Positions 1 to 8,331 of a DNA stretch of 64,000 bases are shown here, one piece after another. The position numbers and the translations under genes were made by a program. Origin of the DNA: Clostridia bacterium. GTDB lineage: Bacteria > Bacillota > Clostridia > Oscillospirales > CAG-272. The notes under the pieces were generated by a model. It was not told where the DNA came from and did no database searches. It saw nothing but the letters and a program-made list of their open reading frames with translations. The first letter of the stretch is position 1. The number at the start of each line of letters is the position of its first letter. The DNA lies in the NCBI GenBank assembly GCA_017415485.1, contig JAFQGP010000115.1:8135-72134 (forward strand), given 5' to 3'.

Positions 1-1287
1 ATGCTCGCATACGCAAGCAAGGGTGCTTTCGTATTTGAAAACTGTGTAAACAAGGGCGAGATCGCTCCCACCATCGGTAAGGCTGCAGGTCTTATCGGTA
101 ACATCAACTGCAAAGACCCCGACGGTGCATCCGGCTACTACGTTACCGTTACAAACTGTGTAAACTACGGTAAGATCACCGCAGGCGGCGACGGCAACTA
201 TGCCGCAGGTATCGCTGCAACTGTTCAGAACAACCTGAACTTCACCATTACCAAGTGTCTCAACTACGGTGAGATCAACGGCACTCACGACTCCGGCGGT
301 ATCGTAGGCCACACCACTCAGGCTGTTATGAATATGTCCTTCTGTGAGAACCACGCAAAGGTCACCACCACCAGCGATCAGTACGCAGGCGGTATCTGCG
401 GATACGCATGGGGCACCAAGACCGCTTCCGTAAGCGCTGTTGACGGTCAGTATGCGAACAAGATCGAATACTGCATCAACCACGGCGAAGTTGTTGCTAA
501 CACCCGTGCAGGCGGTATCTGCGGTTCCACCGGTACCTCCAACGCTCGCGGTATCTCCCTTATCAACTACTGCCTTAACACCGCTAACGTAACCACCAAC
601 GGCACAAAGGATAACTTCTCCCTTAACACCGCAGGCGGTATCCTCGGATACGGCTACGGCACAGAGGACGTTGCATATCCCGCAGTTACAAACTGCCTCA
701 CCACCGGTAATGTAACCGCTAAGAACACCTCCGGCGCAGGCGCAAACGCAGCTTACTTCCTTGGCTACGTTAACTCCTCTCTCGCAGTTGTTACAGGCAA
801 CCAGGCACTCGGTACTCTTACCTCCGAGTCGGGCAACATCACCTCCCTTGCAAGAAACGAGGGCCACGAATTCAAGGCAGAGAACATGGCTAAGAACAGC
901 ATCCCCTCTGATGCAGCATACGCTTATACCTACGAGAACACCATCACCGACAAGAAGTACGAAGTAAGCACAACCAATGCTGCTGAGATCGCAAGCGGTA
1001 AGCTCGTATACGGCCTCAATCTTATGGCAAAGGCTATGGGTGCTCCCTCCGACGTGATCTTTATGACACTTGACGGTTCCTTCGCTCCCACTCTCGTTCC
1101 CGAGATCGGCGAGGGCGGCCTCGTTCTCAACGCGGTAGTTGCTAACGCTGACGGCACTTTCTCCAACCCCAAGCCCGCTGCACCCGTTGCTCCCACAGGT
1201 GACTCTGCTCTCATCTACATCGCAGTTGCAGTTATCTCCATCGCTACCCTTGGAGTTGCAGCTGTTGCAAAGAAGAGAGAGAACTGA
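1..1287 (+). CDS. Cell-surface beta-helix repeat protein (GLUG-like repeats), 5'-truncated by the window edge, with a C-terminal PTGDSAL/TM/KKREN sorting signal
   Basis: The ORF is open to position 1. It has about 8 repeats of CxNxGxI/V ... (A/S)GGIxG. It ends APTGDSALIYIAVAVISIATLGVAAVAKKREN and a terminator follows. Confidence 0.8.
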   Translation: MLAYASKGAFVFENCVNKGEIAPTIGKAAGLIGNINCKDPDGASGYYVTVTNCVNYGKITAGGDGNYAAGIAATVQNNLNFTITKCLNYGEINGTHDSGGIVGHTTQAVMNMSFCENHAKVTTTSDQYAGGICGYAWGTKTASVSAVDGQYANKIEYCINHGEVVANTRAGGICGSTGTSNARGISLINYCLNTANVTTNGTKDNFSLNTAGGILGYGYGTEDVAYPAVTNCLTTGNVTAKNTSGAGANAAYFLGYVNSSLAVVTGNQALGTLTSESGNITSLARNEGHEFKAENMAKNSIPSDAAYAYTYENTITDKKYEVSTTNAAEIASGKLVYGLNLMAKAMGAPSDVIFMTLDGSFAPTLVPEIGEGGLVLNAVVANADGTFSNPKPAAPVAPTGDSALIYIAVAVISIATLGVAAVAKKREN

Positions 1288-1298
1288 TTTATATATTG

Positions 1299-1326
1299 AA
1301 AAAAGACTGCTTCGGCAGTCTTTTTT
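1299..1326 (+). terminator. Rho-independent terminator (symmetric, potentially bidirectional)
   Basis: AAAAAAGACTGC-TTCG-GCAGTCTTTTTT: perfect stem with an A-tract and a T-tract. Confidence 0.8.
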
Positions 1327-1351
1327 CAATAAGAATTGATGAGGAATTTTA

Positions 1352-1380
1352 TTGACAATAAGATAATATTATGATATAAT
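1352..1380 (+). promoter_or_regulatory. Sigma-70-type promoter for the flavoprotein gene
   Basis: TTGACA (1352-1357), 17-nt spacer, TATAAT (1375-1380); about 30 nt upstream of an AAAGGAG RBS. Confidence 0.6.
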
Positions 1381-1412
1381 TAACTTAATTATATATAAAG
1401 GAGATTTTTCCG

Positions 1413-3479
1413 ATGAATAATCTTGATCCAAAATACGAAGCGTTATTTACCCCTTGGAAGGTCGGTAACGTTGAGATCAAAAACCGTATCGTAATGTGCC
1501 CGATGGGCGGAACCTCGCTTTTCGGCTGGTTCGAGCTTGGCGGATGCCATTTCGATAAGGAAGCCGCAAAGCTCTTCCTTGAGCGCGCACAGAACAACGT
1601 TGGTCTTATCATCCCCGGCATCGCACCCCTCCGCGATACTTTCTGGGGCAAGTGGCTCTGGCAGAACCCGAAGATGTTCGAGGACCTCAAGGTCTTTATG
1701 GACGAGATCCACAAGACGGGCGCAAAACTCTTCGTTCAGCTCACCGCAGGCATGGGCCGCTCCTGGGCGATCACCGAGCTTGTTGCTCCCCTTCACAAAA
1801 ACAAATTTACCCGCGCGATCCTCAAGCCCATTCTTGATACCTCGCATGAGCTTGCTTGTCCCTCTCCCCAGCCCTCGCGTTGGGCGCACGACATCATCTG
1901 CCCCGAGATTACGGTTGAGCAGATCCACGAGATCATCGAGGCTTTTGCAAAGACCGCAAAGCTCTGTATGGACGCGGGCGTTGACGGCGTCGAGGTTCAC
2001 GCTGTTCACGAGGGCTATCTCCTTGACCAGTTTGCGATCGAGTTCTTCAACAAGCGTACCGACAACTACGGCGGAAGCTTCGAGAACCGCTACCGCTTCG
2101 CAGTCGAGGTCGTTGATGCGATCAAGAAGGCTTGCGGCAAGGACTTCCCCGTTTCCCTCCGCTACTCAGTAGAGTCCAAGATGAAGGGCTTCTGCGAGGG
2201 CGCAATGCCCGGCGAGGATTACGTTGAGGTCGGACGTAATATGGAAGAATCCGAAAAGGCGGCAAAGTACCTGCAGGATGCGGGCTACGATATGCTCAAC
2301 GCCGACAACGGTACTTATGACTCCTGGTACTGGGCTCATCCGCCTATGTATATGCCCGAAAACTGCAACCTCGAGGACGTTGCACACATCAAGAAGTTCG
2401 TCGAGATTCCCGTTGTTTGTGCGGGACGTATGGATCCCGAGACGGGTGCCGCTGCCATTGCAGAGGGCAAGATCGACGGTATGGGCGTTGCGCGTCAGTT
2501 CCTGACCGACCCCGAATGGATCACCAAACTCATTGAAAACCGCATCGAGGACATCAAGCCCTGCATCTGCTGTCACGCGGGATGCTTTAACTTCTCTTCC
2601 TCGAAGGGTCACGCAAACACCCAGGATCTCACCGACACCATGGGACTTGCACGCTGCGCTCTCAACCCCGAGACTATGCAGTCAAAGAAATATAACATTC
2701 AGCCCGCAAAGAAGGCAAAGAAGGTCGCCGTCATCGGCGGCGGTATCGGCGGTATGGAAGCTGCTATCGTCTGCGCAAAGCGCGGCCACAGCGTAACTCT
2801 CTATGAAAAGTCGGGCGAGCTCGGCGGCGTATTCATCGCGGCAGCTTCTCCCTCCTTCAAGGAAAAGGATCGCGCGCTCATCGTGTGGTACAGAAGAGAG
2901 ATCTCGCGCTACCCCTCCATCACCGTTAAGCTTAACACCGAAGTCACCGACGTCAAGTCGCTCGGTGCGGACGAGGTGATCGTTGCTACCGGTGCCAAGG
3001 CAAAGAGGATCCCGATCCCCGGAGTTGAAAAGTCGATCGAAGCCGTCGATTTCCTCCTCGGCAAGAAGCAGGTTGGCGAAAGAATTGTTGTCATCGGCGG
3101 CGGTCTGACAGGATGCGAGATCGCATACGAGCTCTTCCTTCAGGGCAAGAAGCCCGCGATCGTTGAGATGATGGATGACCTCATCGTCACCCCCGGCATC
3201 TGTCTTGCAAACACCTCCTACCTCCGCGACTGCTTCAAGGCAAACAACCTGCCCGTATATCTCGAAACCGGCGTCAAGGAGATCAAGGACGGCGCGGTAG
3301 TCGTTGCCGACAAGGAAGGCAAGACTTTTGAGATCGAGGCTGATTCCGTCATCCTCTCGGTTGGATATAATCCCGCACCCATCGAAACCAAGGGCGTTCA
3401 CGTCATCGGCGACGCACAGAAAGTCGGCAACCTCCGCTCTGTAATTTGGGGAGCTTGGGACGTGGCAACAAAGATCTGA
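1413..3479 (+). CDS. NADH:flavin oxidoreductase of the 2-enoate reductase / 2,4-dienoyl-CoA reductase type (OYE barrel + Fe-S Cys motif + FAD/NAD(P) domain)
   Basis: 688 aa. OYE-like N-terminus (CPMGG, HEGYLLDQF), Cys cluster CICCHAGC, and two GxGxxG motifs (VAVIGGGIGG, VVIGGGLTG). Confidence 0.85.
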   Translation: MNNLDPKYEALFTPWKVGNVEIKNRIVMCPMGGTSLFGWFELGGCHFDKEAAKLFLERAQNNVGLIIPGIAPLRDTFWGKWLWQNPKMFEDLKVFMDEIHKTGAKLFVQLTAGMGRSWAITELVAPLHKNKFTRAILKPILDTSHELACPSPQPSRWAHDIICPEITVEQIHEIIEAFAKTAKLCMDAGVDGVEVHAVHEGYLLDQFAIEFFNKRTDNYGGSFENRYRFAVEVVDAIKKACGKDFPVSLRYSVESKMKGFCEGAMPGEDYVEVGRNMEESEKAAKYLQDAGYDMLNADNGTYDSWYWAHPPMYMPENCNLEDVAHIKKFVEIPVVCAGRMDPETGAAAIAEGKIDGMGVARQFLTDPEWITKLIENRIEDIKPCICCHAGCFNFSSSKGHANTQDLTDTMGLARCALNPETMQSKKYNIQPAKKAKKVAVIGGGIGGMEAAIVCAKRGHSVTLYEKSGELGGVFIAAASPSFKEKDRALIVWYRREISRYPSITVKLNTEVTDVKSLGADEVIVATGAKAKRIPIPGVEKSIEAVDFLLGKKQVGERIVVIGGGLTGCEIAYELFLQGKKPAIVEMMDDLIVTPGICLANTSYLRDCFKANNLPVYLETGVKEIKDGAVVVADKEGKTFEIEADSVILSVGYNPAPIETKGVHVIGDAQKVGNLRSVIWGAWDVATKI

Positions 3480-3611
3480 CGATCTTTGTTGCAATGAAAT
3501 CCGCCTTCGGCGGGTGAAATCGCGCGTTGCGCGATGAAATCGAGCTTCGCTCGGTGAAATCTTCGCCTTTGGCGAAGGTTTCGGAAGATTTTCTCGCGGG
3601 GCTCGAAAATC
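3465..3611. repeat. Hairpin-train element H1: 12-bp hairpin over the stop codon plus 4-5 GC hairpins separated by the word [AG]TGAAAT
   Basis: GCAACAAAGATC-TGAC-GATCTTTGTTGC, with the TGA stop in the loop. It is followed by aATGAAAT-ccgccttcggcgg, GTGAAAT-cgcgcgttgcgcg, ATGAAAT-cgagcttcgctcg and GTGAAAT-cttcgcctttggcgaag. Confidence 0.85.
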
Positions 3612-3632
3612 ATTTTTATTGAATGAAAGGAT

Positions 3633-4913
3633 ATGGATATGTATCTTAATGAAGAACAGCAGGCGATACTGAACGGCTCGCAGGGCGAGACTATGGCGAA
3701 GGTCATGAAGACCCTCGTTATGTTCGGTGACGCTTTCGGGGCCGAAAAGATGGTTCCCGTTACATCAAAGCACAATCACCTTGTAACCTCCTTTGGTCTC
3801 AAGGTCATGGCACCCGTTTATGACCTTATGCAGCAGCTTCTCGACGCGGGCGTAAAGTCGGGTCAGACCTTCTCGGTCGACCCCCGTCCCATCGACAAGA
3901 ACGTTCCCGCAAACTTCCTGCAGAATCTTGTTTTCAACAAGCTGATGTATACAAAGCAGGATTTCTATGAAGGACAGCTCAAGAAGCTCGGTCTTCTCTC
4001 GGATGATGCTTTCACCTGCGCTTGCTACCTCGATCAGGTCGGCAACAAGCCCGAAAAGGGCGACATCCTCTCGTGGGCAGAATCCTCCGCGGTCGTTTAC
4101 GCAAACTCCGTCCTCGGCGCGCGCTGCAACCGTAACTCGGGTATTATGGATATTATGGGCTCGATCGTCGGCTATGTTCCCTACTTCGGTCTTCTCACCG
4201 ATGAGGGCAGAAAGGCGACCTGGATCGTCAAGATCGAAACCACCAAGAAGCCCGAGGCGCAGCTTCTCGGCTCCGCTATCGGTATGAAGGTAATGGAGGA
4301 TGTTCCCTACGTTATCGGACTTGACAAGTGGATCGGCTCCGAGCTTGATGATTCGGCTTGCACCTATCTCAAGGATTTCGGTGCGGCAACCGCATCGAAC
4401 GGTGCTGTCGGACTTTACCACATCGACAACCTCACTCCCGAAGCAAAGGAGCTTGGAAAGGCACTTATTGCCGAGGGCGCAAAGGAATACGTCATCACCG
4501 ACGCCGAGCTTGAGAGAGTAAAGGCAAACTACCCCGTTATCTGGAAAGATCCCGATGCTACCCCGAAGCTCTGCTTTATGGGATGCCCCCATATGTCCCT
4601 CCAGCAGCTCAAGGATTGGACCGACAAGGTTGAAGCCGCTCTCAAAGCCGCAGGCAACAAGACCGTCCTCATTCCCACCGTCTTCACCGCACCTCCCAAG
4701 GTTCTTGAGGAGTTCAACAAGACCGATTACGCCGCTCGCCTCAAGGCAACGGGCGTTATCACCTCCTATATCTGTCCCCTTATGTATATGAACAACCCGC
4801 TCTGCAAGAAGATGCCCGTCATCACCTCGTCGAATAAGCTCCGCACCTACACCTCCGCGCGCTACTACACCGACGACGAAATTCTTGCAGCTATCACAAA
4901 GGGAGGTAAATGA
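3633..4913 (+). CDS. Aconitase X catalytic (large) subunit, DUF521 family
   Basis: 426 aa. The N-terminus MYLNEEQQAILNGSQGETMAKVMKTLVMFGDAFGAEKMVPV is typical of DUF521/AcnX. The stop overlaps the next gene's start (ATGA). Confidence 0.8.
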   Translation: MDMYLNEEQQAILNGSQGETMAKVMKTLVMFGDAFGAEKMVPVTSKHNHLVTSFGLKVMAPVYDLMQQLLDAGVKSGQTFSVDPRPIDKNVPANFLQNLVFNKLMYTKQDFYEGQLKKLGLLSDDAFTCACYLDQVGNKPEKGDILSWAESSAVVYANSVLGARCNRNSGIMDIMGSIVGYVPYFGLLTDEGRKATWIVKIETTKKPEAQLLGSAIGMKVMEDVPYVIGLDKWIGSELDDSACTYLKDFGAATASNGAVGLYHIDNLTPEAKELGKALIAEGAKEYVITDAELERVKANYPVIWKDPDATPKLCFMGCPHMSLQQLKDWTDKVEAALKAAGNKTVLIPTVFTAPPKVLEEFNKTDYAARLKATGVITSYICPLMYMNNPLCKKMPVITSSNKLRTYTSARYYTDDEILAAITKGGK

Positions 4914-5359
4914 AAATGAGAGAATTCAAAGGACGCGTTGTAACCCCCGGTACGACCAGCGCTGAAGCCGTTGTTACCACACAGGGCTTCAATACCCTCG
5001 CATCAATGCAGATGGCTCTGCAGTTCGGCGACAAACAGACCAAGTGCGGCGACCAGAACAATCCCGAGCTCAACGGCAAGCCCCTCTGCGGCAAGGCTCT
5101 CTGCCTGCCCCAGACCATCGGCTCGACCACGGGTGGTCTTGTTCTCTACTGTGCTTGCGCGATGAAGCGCCAGCCCGCTTGTATGCTCTTCTCCGAGCAT
5201 ATCGACTCTCTCGCAGCCGCAGGCGCAGTCCTTGCAAGCGTTTGGTGCGAGGACATCAATATGCCTGTTATCGACTGCCTCGGCGAGGAATTCATCAATT
5301 ACGTCAAGGACGGTATGACCGTCACCGTCAAGGAAGACGGCGTGGTAGTTGTTGACTAA
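4910..5359 (+). CDS. Aconitase X swivel (small) subunit, DUF126 family
   Basis: 149 aa. It is translationally coupled to the DUF521 gene. The pattern GRVVTPG...AVVTTQGF...GK.LCLPQTIGSTTG is typical of DUF126. Confidence 0.75.
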   Translation: MKMREFKGRVVTPGTTSAEAVVTTQGFNTLASMQMALQFGDKQTKCGDQNNPELNGKPLCGKALCLPQTIGSTTGGLVLYCACAMKRQPACMLFSEHIDSLAAAGAVLASVWCEDINMPVIDCLGEEFINYVKDGMTVTVKEDGVVVVD

Positions 5360-5375
5360 GCCACATATAACTATA

Positions 5376-5416
5376 TTGGAGGAGCCCGCAAGGGTTCCTC
5401 CAATAACATCTTTTTT
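5376..5416 (+). terminator. Rho-independent terminator after the acnX pair
   Basis: TTGGAGGAgcccgcaagggtTCCTCCAA followed by a TTTTTT run. Confidence 0.75.
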
Positions 5417-5428
5417 CGGAGGCACAAT

Positions 5429-6595
5429 TTGATAAGTATACTTTCCAAAATCTTCATCAAGGACAGCTCGGATACCTCGTCGCCCGCGGTGAGAAGTGCT
5501 TACGGCACTCTTTGCGGCATAATGGGAATCATTCTGAACGTCCTGCTTTTCGCCATCAAGCTTCTTGCGGGCGTCATCAGCGGCTCGATCTCGATCATGG
5601 CTGATGCCTTCAACAATCTCACCGACGCGGGCTCCTCGGTCATCACCCTGATCGGCTTCCGTATGTCGGGTCAGAAGCCCGACCGTGACCATCCCTTCGG
5701 TCACGGAAGAATTGAATACATCTCGGGTCTGATCGTTTCAATGCTCATAATCCTTGTCGGCTTTGAGCTTGGCAAGACTTCTGTGGGCAAGATCATCACC
5801 CCCGAACCCGTCGAATTCAGCATCGTTGCCGTCATCATCCTTGTCTGCTCGATCGCCGTCAAGGCTTATATGGCTCTTTACAACTTCCGCATCGGCAAGA
5901 AGATCTCCTCCGCAGCTATGCGCGCAACGGCGCAGGACAGCCTCAACGATACGATCGCCACCGCTGCGGTACTTCTCTGCCTCATCATCTCGCGCCTTAC
6001 CTCGTTTGATATCGACGCCTACTGCGGCCTTGCGGTTTCGGGCTTCATTCTTTTCTCGGGTCTGCGTGCGGTCAAGGAGACGATGGATCCCCTTCTCGGC
6101 ACTCCCCCGAGCGAGGAATTCATCAAACAGATCGAAAAGATCGTTTATTCCTATGAGGGCGTCGAGGGTATACACGACCTGATCGTTCACGATTACGGCC
6201 CCGCGCGCACGATGATCTCGCTCCACGCAGAGGTTTCCTGTGATTCCGACCTGCTTGAAACACACGATATGATCGACAACATAGAAAAGGAATTGCGGGA
6301 GCATCTGAATTGCGATGCCGTCATTCATATGGACCCGATAGCGACAAACGACGAGCTGACCAACTCCGTGCGCGAAAAGATCGCATCTCTCGTCACCTGC
6401 ATCGACGCAGCTCTCACCATCCACGATTTCCGTATGGTCACGGGTCCCACGCACACAAACGTCATATTCGACGTTGTCATCCCCTATGACTTCAAAAGAA
6501 GCGACGAGGAGATCCGCGCAAATATAGAAACCATTGTAAAGTCGATCGATCAGAGCTACTTTTCGGTTATAAACATCGACAGATCGTATGTTTAA
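5429..6595 (+). CDS. Cation diffusion facilitator (CDF) family metal efflux transporter
   Basis: 388 aa. TTG start after a GGAGG RBS. Six TM segments plus a C-terminal cytoplasmic domain (HDLIVHDYGP, AVIHMDP). Confidence 0.85.
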   Translation: MISILSKIFIKDSSDTSSPAVRSAYGTLCGIMGIILNVLLFAIKLLAGVISGSISIMADAFNNLTDAGSSVITLIGFRMSGQKPDRDHPFGHGRIEYISGLIVSMLIILVGFELGKTSVGKIITPEPVEFSIVAVIILVCSIAVKAYMALYNFRIGKKISSAAMRATAQDSLNDTIATAAVLLCLIISRLTSFDIDAYCGLAVSGFILFSGLRAVKETMDPLLGTPPSEEFIKQIEKIVYSYEGVEGIHDLIVHDYGPARTMISLHAEVSCDSDLLETHDMIDNIEKELREHLNCDAVIHMDPIATNDELTNSVREKIASLVTCIDAALTIHDFRMVTGPTHTNVIFDVVIPYDFKRSDEEIRANIETIVKSIDQSYFSVINIDRSYV

Positions 6596-6627
6596 GCTAT
6601 TGAATTTTATCAAATTCAATCACTTTT

Positions 6628-6668
6628 TTGACAAAAGTATTGACAAATATTATAATATAATGTATAAT
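6628..6668 (+). promoter_or_regulatory. Two overlapping consensus sigma-70 promoters upstream of the surface-protein gene
   Basis: TTGACA 6628-6633 / N17 / TATAAT 6651-6656, and TTGACA 6640-6645 / N17 / TATAAT 6663-6668. Confidence 0.55.
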
Positions 6669-6699
6669 AATTTTATCAATCTATAAAAGGAGATTAATT

Positions 6700-8097
6700 A
6701 TGAAGAAATTTTTAGCACTTGCAATCACCGCTGCTATGCTTCTTTCCTTCGCAGTAATCGGTACATCCGCTGCAGAAGTATATGACGGCACAAGCGTATC
6801 CGCTTCCCTTTCCGGCGCGGGAACAGAGGCTGATCCCTATCTTATCGCAAACGGCGCAGACCTTGCATTCTTTGCTGCAAACGCAGTAGCAGGCGCTTCC
6901 TACAAGCTCACCGCTGACATCGTCTGGGCTTCCGCTGCCGAGGCAACCAACTGGACTCCCGTTGAATTCAACGGCACCTTCGACGGAAACGGTCACTCGA
7001 TCTCCGGCCTCTGCGTCAAGGGCGAAAAGAATGCTGCATTCTTCGCAACCGCAGCCGGTGCCATCAAGAACCTTACCATTAAGGATTCCACATTTGAGGG
7101 ATCGAAGTACATCGCCGCTATTGTCGGTCAGGTAGTAGCTGCAGACGCAAAGGAATCCGCTCCTTCTCTCACGATCGAGAACTGTGTAAGCTACGCTACC
7201 CTCATCTCGACCAAGAACAGCTCACTCATCGGCTCTATGATCGGCGACGCTTTCGCTAACGCGAAGACCCCCAACTATCTCACAGTTACAGTTTCGGGTT
7301 GTGTTAACTACGGCACCATCAGCTCCACCACGGACGGCACCGTTTACGTTGGCGGTATCATCGGCCGTACCTACGGTATTCCCGCAATTGTTGAAAACTG
7401 CGCGAACTTCGGCGATCTCAACTCCATTTCCGCTATCACCGGCGGTATCGTCGGCCAGGGCGGTATCAGCGGCGATACCTACGAAGGCTTCTCTACCAAG
7501 ATCAGCAACTGCCTTAACACCGGCAACGCGACCGGCAAGCGTATCTGCGGCGGTATCATCGGCCGTGCATACCCCGGCGTATACGTTGACGGATGTGTAA
7601 ACACCGGCAGCATGACCATCACCGCTACCGATGCGGCTAAGGACGGCTACAACGATCAGCTCGGCCCCATCACCGGCCACGGCCCCGATGCAAGAGCAGA
7701 TGCAGCTACCTTCGTCAACTGCGGTGAGATCACAAACTGCTACAACTCCGCAGAAGCAGTTTTCACCAACTCGAACGATGCAGCAGCCAAGCCCTTCTAC
7801 GCTTCTCTTGCAACCAATAAAACCGCTGCAGAGCTTAACAGCGCCGCTACCGTTACCGCTCTCGGCGACGCTTGGGAGCTCAAGGACGGCGTTCTTACTC
7901 TCAAGATCGTTGCTACCGCAGGCCAGGTTGAATCCGCACAGCCCGAGGTAACAGAACCTGAGGTTACCGAGCCCGCTCCCGAAGACACCAAGCCCGCGGA
8001 TCCCGTTCCCACCGGCGACTCCGCTCTCGTTTTCGCAGTGATCGCAATCATCTCCGTCCTCGGAGTTGCTGCTGTTGCAAAGAGAAGAGAGAATTAA
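6700..8097 (+). CDS. Secreted GLUG-like beta-helix repeat surface protein with a C-terminal PTGDSAL/TM/KRREN sorting signal
   Basis: Signal peptide MKKFLALAITAAMLLSFAVIGTSAAE. Repeats of CxNxG...GGIIG/GGIVG. Ends DPVPTGDSALVFAVIAIISVLGVAAVAKRREN. Confidence 0.85.
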   Translation: MKKFLALAITAAMLLSFAVIGTSAAEVYDGTSVSASLSGAGTEADPYLIANGADLAFFAANAVAGASYKLTADIVWASAAEATNWTPVEFNGTFDGNGHSISGLCVKGEKNAAFFATAAGAIKNLTIKDSTFEGSKYIAAIVGQVVAADAKESAPSLTIENCVSYATLISTKNSSLIGSMIGDAFANAKTPNYLTVTVSGCVNYGTISSTTDGTVYVGGIIGRTYGIPAIVENCANFGDLNSISAITGGIVGQGGISGDTYEGFSTKISNCLNTGNATGKRICGGIIGRAYPGVYVDGCVNTGSMTITATDAAKDGYNDQLGPITGHGPDARADAATFVNCGEITNCYNSAEAVFTNSNDAAAKPFYASLATNKTAAELNSAATVTALGDAWELKDGVLTLKIVATAGQVESAQPEVTEPEVTEPAPEDTKPADPVPTGDSALVFAVIAIISVLGVAAVAKRREN

Positions 8098-8329
8098 GTG
8101 GACAGTGGTTAGTGGACAGTGGACAGAAAGATGCGAATGATAATTTAATTTGTATATTTGCTATCCATTGTACTAACTAATAATTTAATAGAAAAAACTC
8201 GGATATTATGACGCGTTTGCATCAAAATATCCGAGTTTTTCTATCGCTTATCCAAACGAAGTTAACAGTGCACAAAACAAAATTACTTGTCGCAACTTTC
8301 TGTTCACTGTCCACTAACCACTGTTCCCT
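8098..8329. repeat. Palindromic intergenic element E1 (GTGGACA-heptamer arms, AT-rich core with a bidirectional terminator)
   Basis: The left arm GTGGACAGTGGTTAGTGGACAGTGGACAGAAAG (8098-8130) is the reverse complement of 8296-8328 with 2-3 mismatches. The element fills essentially the whole gap between two converging stop codons (8097 and 8332). Confidence 0.9.
8192..8241. terminator. Bidirectional rho-independent terminator inside E1
   Basis: AAAAACTCGGATATT ... AATATCCGAGTTTTT, with an A-tract and a T-tract on the two sides. Confidence 0.75.
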
Positions 8330-8331
8330 TA

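Noticed and set aside
1-3. The ATG at position 1 as the true start of the first surface protein.
   Set aside because: No signal peptide follows it, although the paralogous protein at 6700 has one, and the repeat pattern is already under way. The gene almost certainly continues upstream of the window.
3494-3575. The hairpin trains as a possible miniature CRISPR array (regular constant/variable alternation). The same applies at 32162-32292, 40881-41090 and 44745-44836.
   Set aside because: The constant unit is only 6-7 nt and the variable units are themselves perfect palindromes of 13-23 nt. No 24-48-nt repeats, leader or cas genes are present.
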